Below are positions 1 to 7,278 of a DNA stretch of 20,000 bases, one piece after another. Position 1 is the stretch's first letter. Each line of letters starts with the position of its first letter. The notes under the pieces are model-generated. The model saw nothing but the letters and a program-made list of their open reading frames with translations, was not told the origin of the DNA and made no database searches. This DNA is from an uncultured virus (IMG/VR IMGVR_UViG_3300019372_000169) (Duplodnaviria; Heunggongvirae; Uroviricota; Caudoviricetes), in IMG/VR virus record IMGVR_UViG_3300019372_000169; one strand, given 5' to 3'. Made by a program: the position numbers and the translations under genes.

Positions 1-888
1 TGCGGCGACTTCGATGCGCTGAAAATGCTCTACGAGGATGTGCCGGATACGCTGTCGCAGCTGATACGCACAGCATTTATACCGAAAAGCGGTGCAAAGT
101 TCATCGTGTGTGACTTCAGTGCCATCGAGGCCCGTGTGATTGCGTGGTTTGCCGGCGAGCGTTGGCGGCAGGACGTTTTCGCCAAAGGCGGCGACATCTA
201 CTGCGCTTCGGCGTCGCAGATGTTTAAGGTGCCTGTTGAGAAGCACGGCATCAATGGCCATCTGCGGCAAAAAGGAAAAATTGCAGAGCTGGCGTTGGGC
301 TATGGTGGCAGCGTTGGTGCACTCAAGGCGATGGGCTCGCTGGAGATGGGACTTGCCGAAGAAGAGCTTCCGACACTGGTGGACGCTTGGCGGCAATCCA
401 ATCCCCACATTGTGAAGTTCTGGTGGGACGTGGATAAAGCCGCCATGGAGGCAGTCCGCTGCAAGCACACCAATTCGACGCATGGCATTGCCTTCTCCTA
501 TCGAAGCGGAATGCTGTTTATCACCCTGCCCTCCGGCCGGCGGCTTGCCTATGTGAAGCCGCGCATCGGTGAAAACAAGTTCGGCGGCAGTTGTATTACC
601 TATGAAGGCATCGGCAGTACGAAAAAGTGGGAACGGCTGGGCTCCTATGGACCAAAGCTCGTGGAAAACATCGTTCAGGCGACTGCCAGAGATATTCTCT
701 GCTATGCCATGCGAACGCTTCGCCGCTGTGCCATTGTCATGCATATCCATGACGAGCTGGTCATTGAAGCTGATCAGAGTGTTTCTTTGCAAGCCATTTG
801 CGAACAAATGAGCCGAACACCGCCGTGGGCAAAGGGGCTGCTGCTCCGCGCCGATGGATATGAAACGGATTTCTATAAAAAAGATTGA
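1..888 (+). CDS. polA: Phage family A DNA polymerase, C-terminal part (5' truncated by window)
   Basis: Frame is open from base 1 (CGDFDALKMLYED...). PolA motif A DFSAIEARV, motif B RQKGKIAELALGYGG, motif C HIHDE. Confidence 0.93.
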   Translation, partial: CGDFDALKMLYEDVPDTLSQLIRTAFIPKSGAKFIVCDFSAIEARVIAWFAGERWRQDVFAKGGDIYCASASQMFKVPVEKHGINGHLRQKGKIAELALGYGGSVGALKAMGSLEMGLAEEELPTLVDAWRQSNPHIVKFWWDVDKAAMEAVRCKHTNSTHGIAFSYRSGMLFITLPSGRRLAYVKPRIGENKFGGSCITYEGIGSTKKWERLGSYGPKLVENIVQATARDILCYAMRTLRRCAIVMHIHDELVIEADQSVSLQAICEQMSRTPPWAKGLLLRADGYETDFYKKD

Positions 889-969
889 GGATGTTTTGTA
901 CGATAGGCTTTCTTTTTTCCAGTGGGTATTAGAGATGGACAAGAAGCCCGTCGTGAAAGGAGTTTCTAA

Positions 970-1395
970 ATGAGTATAAACAAGTTTAACAGCGAGGGCT
1001 ATTACGACCCCACCGCCTATGAAGCCCTGTCGCTGATTGAAAAGGAAGAACGTGCACTGCGGGCTTTTCGGCCGATTGTCTACATCTGCTCTCCGTTTTC
1101 TGGGGCTGTGGACGAGAATATCGCGGCGGCGCAGCGTTACAGCCGTTTTGCCGTGAACAAAGGATACATACCCGTCACGCCACACCTGTTGTTTCCGCAA
1201 TTTCTTGATGACAACAATCCCACGGAACGCCAGCTTGGGCTATTCTTCGGCACTGCCATCATGAGCAAATGCGCCGAGGTGTGGGTATTTGGCAGCATCA
1301 TCTCACCCGGTATGGAGGCTGAAATCAAGCGTGCCAAGTGGAAGGATTACCGCTTGCGCTACTTCAATGAAAACTGCGAGGAGGTGCAGGAATAG
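970..1395 (+). CDS. DUF4406/DUF7768-like protein (nucleoside 2-deoxyribosyltransferase-like fold)
   Basis: RBS AAAGGAG. Motifs VYICSPFSG, PHLLFPQF and C.EVWVFG..IS.GM.AEI..A are typical of this phage family. The stop overlaps the primase GTG. Confidence 0.75.
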   Translation: MSINKFNSEGYYDPTAYEALSLIEKEERALRAFRPIVYICSPFSGAVDENIAAAQRYSRFAVNKGYIPVTPHLLFPQFLDDNNPTERQLGLFFGTAIMSKCAEVWVFGSIISPGMEAEIKRAKWKDYRLRYFNENCEEVQE

Positions 1396-3668
1396 TGTTC
1401 ACGATATACCACTCCGATTTCATCGGAAATCCCGGCAATTGCTCCTATCCGCACAAAGCCGAAATTACCGATGCGGCGGTATTTGCGGCTGCGGTCAGCC
1501 GTGACTATGTTTGCGCAGAGTACCGCAATAACTATCGCAGCGGCGACAACTTTATTGGCAGCGATTGCCTGCCGGTGGACTGCGATAATGACCACTCTGA
1601 AAATCCCGATGAATGGATGCAGCCCGCCGATGTAGAAGCGGCGTTTCCCAATGTAGCCTTTGCCGTTCATTACAGCCGGTCGCATATGCGCGAAAAGAAC
1701 GGAAAACCCGCTCGTCCCAAATTTCATGTCCTGTTCCCCATAAACCGCGTTACTGACGCTTCCTGCTACAGTGATATGAAAAAGCTGGTCAATGCCATCT
1801 TCCCATATTTCGACACAAAAGCGCTGGACGCCGCGCGATTTTTCTTCGGCACCAATTCGCCGCAGGTGGAAATTCACGAGGGCTGCATGAAGCTAACGGA
1901 CTTCTTGGCAGGTGACGATTTCGACGCAAATATGGCCGGCGGGTATCGTGCGAGTCAGGTTATCCCGGAGGGCAGCCGAAACGCAACACTCTCCCGTTTT
2001 GCCGGCCGCGTCATCAAAAAGTATGGCGACAGCGAGGAAGCATATCAGGCGTTCATGGAGGAAGCCGCAAAATGCGCGCCGCCGCTCCCGGATTTCGAGC
2101 TTTCGACTATTTGGCACAGCGCACAGCGCTTCTTTGCAAAGATACAGCGGCAGGACGGCTATGTGCCGCCGGAAGCCTATAACGTTTCAGTTTCCTACAA
2201 GCCCGGAGATTACTCCGACGTGGGGCAGGCCGAGATTCTGGCAAAACACTTCTCCGGTGAGCTGCGATATTCGCCCGCGACGCACTTCATCCGCTATAAC
2301 GAGCACTACTGGCAGGAAAGCGAGCCCGGCGCGCAGGCCGTTGCGCACGAGCTAACCCGCCGCCAGTTGGAGGAAGCCACTAAGGAATTACTGTCAGCGA
2401 TGAAACTGTTGACAGAAAATGGCGGTCAGACGATTCTCGAAGGCGCATCCAAGAGCAAAGCCGAAAGTCTGATGAATGATGCGCAACTCGAAGCGTATCG
2501 GGCATTTCTCGCGGCAAAGGCATATCAATCCTTTGTCATCCGCCGCCGAGACTCCAAAAACATCACCGCGACGTTAAAGGAATCTCGTCCCATGTTGGAA
2601 ATCTCGCCCCGCGACCTTGATGCGGATTGCTTTTTATTGTGTACACCCGATGCCACTTATGATCTTCGGAAAGGCATGGACGGCGCAAGGGAGCATTCAC
2701 CGGAAGACTTTATTACAAAAATGACCTCTGTGTCGCCTGGTAACAAGGGCTCACAGCTCTGGCAGGACAGCTTGGCACTCATCTTTTGCGGCAATCAGGC
2801 GCTTATCGACTATGTACAGATGATCTGCGGGCTTGCCGCAATCGGCAAGGTTTATGTGGAAGCTCTGATTATCGCTTACGGCGGCGGGCGTAACGGCAAG
2901 TCCACCTTCTGGAATGCGGTCTCCCGTGTGCTGGGCCTTTACAGCGGCAACATCTCCGCCGATACGCTGACGGTCGGCTGTCGTCGTAACATCAAGCCAG
3001 AAATGGCGGAGGTCAAGGGCAAGCGCCTGCTCATCGCCGCTGAAATGCAGGAAGGCGCTCGGCTCAACGACTCCACCGTCAAGCAGCTCTGCTCCACCGA
3101 TGAGGTGTTTGCAGAGAAAAAGTACAAGGACCCGTTCAGCTTCACGCCCTGTCACACGCTGGTGCTCTACACGAATCATCTCCCGAAGGTCAGCGCCTCC
3201 GACGACGGAATCTGGCGCAGGCTGATTGTTATCCCCTTCGACGCCAAGATTGAAGGCAGCAACGACATCAAGAACTATGGCGAGTACCTTTACCAAAACG
3301 CCGGCGAAAGCATTCTGGCGTGGGTCATTGAGGGCGCCAAGAAGGTCATTGCGCTGGACTACAAAATTCCCGTGCCGGAATGCGTGCAGAAAGCAATCGC
3401 GGAATATCGGGCGCAAAACGACTGGTTTGGACACTTTCTTGAGGACAAATGCGAGCTTGACGCCGGCTTCCGCGAGAGCTCCAGTGTGCTTTATCAGTCC
3501 TATCGGAATTACTGCATTGATACCAACGAGTATATCCGCAGCACGACAGACTTCTATTCCGCACTGGAGGCCGCCGGGTATAGCCGTATCAAGGTGAAAA
3601 ACAAGCGTTTCTTTGCCGGATTGAGGATAAAAACAGACGACGGAGATTTCGAGGAATTTCTGTCATAA
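1395..3668 (+). CDS. P4/D5-family primase-helicase (N-terminal primase-like domain, PriCT, SF3 helicase)
   Basis: 757 aa, GTG start with GAGGAGG RBS. N-terminal DCDNDH and HVLFP, PriCT-like IPEGSRNATL, Walker A GGGRNGKST, SF3 motif C LYTNHLP, and WRRLIVIPF. Confidence 0.9.
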   Translation: MFTIYHSDFIGNPGNCSYPHKAEITDAAVFAAAVSRDYVCAEYRNNYRSGDNFIGSDCLPVDCDNDHSENPDEWMQPADVEAAFPNVAFAVHYSRSHMREKNGKPARPKFHVLFPINRVTDASCYSDMKKLVNAIFPYFDTKALDAARFFFGTNSPQVEIHEGCMKLTDFLAGDDFDANMAGGYRASQVIPEGSRNATLSRFAGRVIKKYGDSEEAYQAFMEEAAKCAPPLPDFELSTIWHSAQRFFAKIQRQDGYVPPEAYNVSVSYKPGDYSDVGQAEILAKHFSGELRYSPATHFIRYNEHYWQESEPGAQAVAHELTRRQLEEATKELLSAMKLLTENGGQTILEGASKSKAESLMNDAQLEAYRAFLAAKAYQSFVIRRRDSKNITATLKESRPMLEISPRDLDADCFLLCTPDATYDLRKGMDGAREHSPEDFITKMTSVSPGNKGSQLWQDSLALIFCGNQALIDYVQMICGLAAIGKVYVEALIIAYGGGRNGKSTFWNAVSRVLGLYSGNISADTLTVGCRRNIKPEMAEVKGKRLLIAAEMQEGARLNDSTVKQLCSTDEVFAEKKYKDPFSFTPCHTLVLYTNHLPKVSASDDGIWRRLIVIPFDAKIEGSNDIKNYGEYLYQNAGESILAWVIEGAKKVIALDYKIPVPECVQKAIAEYRAQNDWFGHFLEDKCELDAGFRESSSVLYQSYRNYCIDTNEYIRSTTDFYSALEAAGYSRIKVKNKRFFAGLRIKTDDGDFEEFLS

Positions 3669-3677
3669 GAGGGCCAT

Positions 3678-3775
3678 GGGGTAACCTCGATAAAGGTCAT
3701 ATACAAAAAGTCTCTTAGAAACAAAAAAATAGCCCTAAGAAAAGTTTTAGATATGACATGCGTCGAGGTTACCCC
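3678..3775. repeat. Nested imperfect inverted repeat with AT-rich core; putative replication origin
   Basis: Three arm pairs share one symmetry axis: GGGGTAACCTCGA 3678-3690 / TCGAGGTTACCCC 3763-3775, GTCATAT 3696-3702 / ATATGAC 3751-3757, TCTTAG 3713-3718 / CTAAGA 3735-3740. The core 3691-3760 has 19 G+C in 70 nt. The origin role is inferred. Confidence 0.75.
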
Positions 3776-3806
3776 GCCTTAAAAATCTCTGATGGAGTGA
3801 ACGAAT

Positions 3807-4079
3807 ATGAGAGAAAAAGCAATAGAGAAAAAACTGGTTCAGTCAGTCAAATCCGCTGGAGGCATCGCGCCGAAGCTCGTTTGCCCCAGTTTCGACGGAA
3901 TGCCCGACCGCATTGTGCTTTTACCGGGCGGTCACATCGGCTTTGTGGAGGTTAAAGCGCCAAACAAAAATCCGCGACCGTTACAGCTGGCACGGCATGG
4001 ACTGCTTCGGCGGCTTGGTTTTAGAGTCTATGTTCTTGATGATGAACAGCAGATTGGAGGAATCCTTGATGAAATATGA
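3807..4079 (+). CDS. VRR-NUC domain nuclease
   Basis: MREKAIEKKL, GMPDRIVL, FVEVKAP, PRPLQ: PD-(D/E)xK pattern of VRR-NUC. Confidence 0.9.
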   Translation: MREKAIEKKLVQSVKSAGGIAPKLVCPSFDGMPDRIVLLPGGHIGFVEVKAPNKNPRPLQLARHGLLRRLGFRVYVLDDEQQIGGILDEI

Positions 4080-5433
4080 ACCACATAACTACCAGACCTA
4101 TGCCACCCAGTACATCGAGGACCATCCTATCTCCGCTGTTCTGCTTGACATGGGTCTTGGTAAAACTTCTATCACGTTGACGGCGCTGAACGACCTATTG
4201 TTTGACAGCTTCGAGGCGCACCGCATTTTGGTCATCGCCCCGCTGCGAGTGGCACGGGACACATGGCCTGCTGAAGCAGATAAGTGGGATCACCTGCAGA
4301 ACCTCATCTGCTCCGTGGCTGTCGGCACCGAAGCGGAGCGACGTGCGGCGCTGCTGAAGCCCGCCGATATTTACATCATCAACCGCGAAAATGTCCAGTG
4401 GCTTATCGAGGACAGCAAATTGCCGTTCAGCTTTGACACCGTTGTGGTTGACGAGCTGTCGTCCTTCAAGAATTATCAGGCGAAGCGCTTCCGGGCGCTG
4501 ATGAAGGTTCGTCCTACGGTCAAGCGCATCATCGGGCTGACCGGCACTCCCAGCAGCAACGGGCTGATGGATTTATGGGCGGAGTTCCGGTTGCTGGACA
4601 TGGGCGCACGTCTCGGACGCTTTATCAGCCGTTACCGCCTTGAATATTTCCAGCCTGACAAGCGCAATGGGCAGGTCATCTTCAGCTACAAGCCTTTGCC
4701 CGGCGCAGAGCAGCAGATTTATGACAAAATCTCCGATATCACCATTTCCATGCGCTCCACCGACCTTTTGCAAATGCCGGAGTTGGTCAGCAGCGAATAT
4801 ACCGTCCGGCTCTCCGACGAGGAGCGTAAACGGTACGACGGTTTGAAGCAAGACCTCGTCCTGCAGCTACCGGGCGGAGAAATCACCGCCGCCAATGCCG
4901 CCGCGCTCACCGGCAAGCTCTGCCAGATGGCGAATGGCGCTATTTACACCGATGACGGCGGTACCGTGAATCTTCACGACCGGAAGCTGGATGCGCTGGA
5001 GGACATCATCGAAGCCGCCGGTGGAAAACCGCTGCTGGTTGCCTATTGGTTCAAACACGATCTTGCCCGCATTACCGAGCGGTTGCAGAAGCTTCACATC
5101 CCGTTCTCCAAGCTGGACAGTTCTGAGAGCATCAAGCGGTGGAACAACAGCGAACTGCCCGTGGCGCTTATTCATCCTGCCTCTGCCGGTCACGGGCTCA
5201 ATCTTCAGAGCGGCGGGTCCTGCATCGTCTGGTTCGGGCTGACATGGTCACTGGAGCTTTACCAGCAGACCATTGCCCGGCTCTGGCGGCAGGGGCAAAA
5301 CGCCGAAACGGTTGTGGTGCAGCACATTGTTGCCAAAGGTACGATCGACGAGCGAATTCTGAAGGTATTGTCCAAGAAAGACAGCACCCAAGCGGCGCTG
5401 ATCGATGCCGTAAAAGCGGACTTGAAAATCTGA
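4069..5433 (+). CDS. SNF2-family helicase
   Basis: ATG 4069 (MKYEPHNYQ) after GGAGG, overlapping the VRR-NUC end. DMGLGKT, VVVDELS, LTGTP, HGLNLQ, QTIARLWRQGQ. Confidence 0.92.
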   Translation: MKYEPHNYQTYATQYIEDHPISAVLLDMGLGKTSITLTALNDLLFDSFEAHRILVIAPLRVARDTWPAEADKWDHLQNLICSVAVGTEAERRAALLKPADIYIINRENVQWLIEDSKLPFSFDTVVVDELSSFKNYQAKRFRALMKVRPTVKRIIGLTGTPSSNGLMDLWAEFRLLDMGARLGRFISRYRLEYFQPDKRNGQVIFSYKPLPGAEQQIYDKISDITISMRSTDLLQMPELVSSEYTVRLSDEERKRYDGLKQDLVLQLPGGEITAANAAALTGKLCQMANGAIYTDDGGTVNLHDRKLDALEDIIEAAGGKPLLVAYWFKHDLARITERLQKLHIPFSKLDSSESIKRWNNSELPVALIHPASAGHGLNLQSGGSCIVWFGLTWSLELYQQTIARLWRQGQNAETVVVQHIVAKGTIDERILKVLSKKDSTQAALIDAVKADLKI

Positions 5434-5460
5434 GAAAATCTACGACAATCCGTGCCAATC
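5424..5460 (+). repeat. Four GnnAATC direct repeats at exact 10-bp period
   Basis: GAAAATC 5424, GAAAATC 5434, GACAATC 5444, GCCAATC 5454. Confidence 0.65.
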
Positions 5461-5490
5461 CGAGAGAAATACAAAATATCGGAGGTACAG

Positions 5491-5688
5491 ATGATGAATC
5501 CATATGAAGAATTGGCAAACGCCATCGTGCTGCAGGCAGTCAAGGATTACCGGCTGCACGACGACGAGCAGGAGCTCGCCAGCATCGAGCGTTTCTTCCG
5601 CTCCGACTGGTTTGGCACGCTGACGAGCGTCAACCCAGAAATACTGATTTCCAAGCTGAGAAAGGAGAAGGTGCGCTATGACTGCTAA
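5491..5688 (+). CDS. Small phage hypothetical protein (65 aa)
   Basis: GGAGG at 5481, then ATG. MMNPYEELANAIVLQAVKDYR...FFRSDWF; overlaps the next start. Confidence 0.8.
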   Translation: MMNPYEELANAIVLQAVKDYRLHDDEQELASIERFFRSDWFGTLTSVNPEILISKLRKEKVRYDC

Positions 5689-6112
5689 AACCTATCTTTC
5701 TCAGGCACGTTATCTGGATATGCGCATCAAATCAAAGCTCCAACAGATTGACTCACTGAATGAGCTGGCAACAACCTGTACATCAGTGCTGACGGGCATG
5801 CCCCGCAATCCCAGCGGTTCTGTCTCTCGCATGGCGGACGCGGTCTGTAAGATTGTTGATCTGCAAGCGGACATCAACCACGACATTGACATGCTGGTCG
5901 ACCTTAAAAAAGAAATCATGGGCGTCATCAAAGCGGTGGAGAATCCGGAGTACCAAACGCTTTTGGAGAAGCGTTACCTCTGCTTTCTGTCTTGGGAAAA
6001 GATTGCGGTGGACATGGGCTACGACCTGCGTTACATTCATAAGCTCCATACACGGGCGCTGGAGGACTGTAAAATTCCCGCGTTTTCCAAAGCGGACACA
6101 AAAAGACACTGA
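5678..6112 (+). CDS. DUF1492 / RinA-ArpU-like late transcriptional activator
   Basis: MTAKTYLSQ start, coiled coil, C-terminal sigma-region-4-like HTH (LLEKRYL...SWEKIAVDMGY...IHKLHTRAL). Lies just upstream of the packaging module. Confidence 0.8.
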   Translation: MTAKTYLSQARYLDMRIKSKLQQIDSLNELATTCTSVLTGMPRNPSGSVSRMADAVCKIVDLQADINHDIDMLVDLKKEIMGVIKAVENPEYQTLLEKRYLCFLSWEKIAVDMGYDLRYIHKLHTRALEDCKIPAFSKADTKRH

Positions 6113-6144
6113 AAGACACCTGCCGCTTATGATAGTATTATAAT
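6095..6144 (+). promoter_or_regulatory. Putative activator-dependent late promoter
   Basis: GACAC at 6095, 6105 and 6115 (10-bp phase), a perfect TATAAT at 6139-6144, and no TTGACA-like -35. Confidence 0.7.
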
Positions 6145-6162
6145 CAGGAAAACAGAATCAAG

Positions 6163-6200
6163 AGAGCCTTGTGGGAGCAATCCCGCAGGGCTTTTCCTTT
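6163..6200 (+). terminator. Intrinsic-terminator-like hairpin with GCAA tetraloop and U-rich tail
   Basis: AGAGCCTTGTGGGA-GCAA-TCCCGCAGGGCTTT: 14 bp including 3 G-U pairs, running into TTTTCCTTT. Confidence 0.65.
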
Positions 6201-6221
6201 GCCCGCAAGGAGGCGGATCAA

Positions 6222-6584
6222 ATGCCCTACAAACCAAAGCGTCCCTGCGCCTATCCCGGCTGCGGTCGGCTCGCCACAAGCGAGCAATACTGTGCCGAGC
6301 ATCAAAAGCAGATGGACTATCACTACAATCATTTCCAGCGCGAGCCGGAGACAAATAAACGCTACGGCCGCGCGTGGAAGCGTATCCGCGACCGCTTCAT
6401 CAAGGCGCACCCGCTCTGCGAGGCGTGCAAGAAGTCCGGTCGGCTGACACCAGCCGAGGAGGTTCATCACATTCTTCCGCTTAGTCAGGGCGGCACCAAC
6501 GATGTGCATAACCTGATGGCGCTTTGCAAGGCGTGTCACTCGCGCATTACGCTGGAAGCAAACAAAAATAACCGCGAGGCGTGA
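6222..6584 (+). CDS. HNH endonuclease (terminase-associated, HK97 gp74-like)
   Basis: AAGGAGG RBS, then ATG 6222 (MPYKPKRPC). PLCEAC, EVHHILPLSQGGTN, NLMALCKACHS. Confidence 0.9.
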   Translation: MPYKPKRPCAYPGCGRLATSEQYCAEHQKQMDYHYNHFQREPETNKRYGRAWKRIRDRFIKAHPLCEACKKSGRLTPAEEVHHILPLSQGGTNDVHNLMALCKACHSRITLEANKNNREA

Positions 6585-6589
6585 GCCGG

Positions 6590-6672
6590 TGGGGGTATCA
6601 AAATCTCTACACCTGCTTCAAGCGGACAGCGGCGCGGGGCTTTCTGTTGAAAAACGCGGTTTCAAACGGGGG
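6590..6672. other. Probable cos (cohesive end) region
   Basis: Non-coding gap between HNH and terS: GGGGGTATCAAAATCT, then GC-rich GACAGCGGCGCGGGGC (6625-6640), then a TTGAAA/TTTCAA inverted repeat. This is the usual position of cos in HNH-terS phages; the cut site was not determined. Confidence 0.55.
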
Positions 6673-6725
6673 AATAGGCACAAAAAAGCGCTGCGGCGTT
6701 CTTAACACAAGAGCGAGGTGATATT

Positions 6726-7277
6726 TTGGCGAAGGACGGAACCAACAGAGGCGGCGCTCGTGTCGGCGCGGGCGCAAAAAAGAAGCCGTTAGCCGACAAA
6801 ATCGCTGCCGGCAATCCCGGCGGAAGAACACTGACGGTCATGGAGTTTTCCGGCGCTGCCGACCTTCAGGGGCAGGCGATGCCGGAGCCGAACAAAATGC
6901 TCGAAGCGGTTCAAAAGGACGGCAAGACGCTGGTAGCCGGTGAGATTTACAAAAACACATGGACATGGCTGAACGAACGCGGCTGCGCGGCGCTGGTCTC
7001 TCCGCAGCTTTTGGAGCGCTACGCCATGAGCGTCGCCCGCTGGATTCAGTGTGAGGAAGCGGTCACCACCTACGGCTTTCTGGCAAAGCATCCGACGACG
7101 GGCAACGCGATTCAAAGCCCGTATGTGGCGATGGGTCAGAATTACATGAATCAGACCAACCGGCTGTGGTACGAGATTTTTCAAATCGTCAAGGAAAACT
7201 GCACCGGTGAGTACAGCGGCGCAAACCCGCAGGATGACGTAATGGAGCGCTTGCTCAATGCAAGGAGGGGCAAATGA
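6726..7277 (+). CDS. terS: Terminase small subunit (P27 family)
   Basis: TTG start with GAGGTG RBS. AKDGTNRGGARVGAGAKKKP, LERYAMSVARWIQCE, AIQSPYV, and C-terminal DDVMERLL. Confidence 0.85.
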   Translation: MAKDGTNRGGARVGAGAKKKPLADKIAAGNPGGRTLTVMEFSGAADLQGQAMPEPNKMLEAVQKDGKTLVAGEIYKNTWTWLNERGCAALVSPQLLERYAMSVARWIQCEEAVTTYGFLAKHPTTGNAIQSPYVAMGQNYMNQTNRLWYEIFQIVKENCTGEYSGANPQDDVMERLLNARRGK

Positions 7278-7278
7278 C

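Noticed and set aside
889..969. Intergenic T-run and weak GATGG/CCGTC hairpin after polA; possible promoter or terminator
   Set aside because: No convincing stem before the T-run, no clear -35/-10 pair and no second copy in the window.
3913..4068. Upstream extensions of ORF-track starts (also 6171, 7258, 10271, 11625, 11928, 14815)
   Set aside because: Downstream starts have clear Shine-Dalgarno sequences and family-typical N-termini; the extensions overlap other genes or regulatory hairpins.
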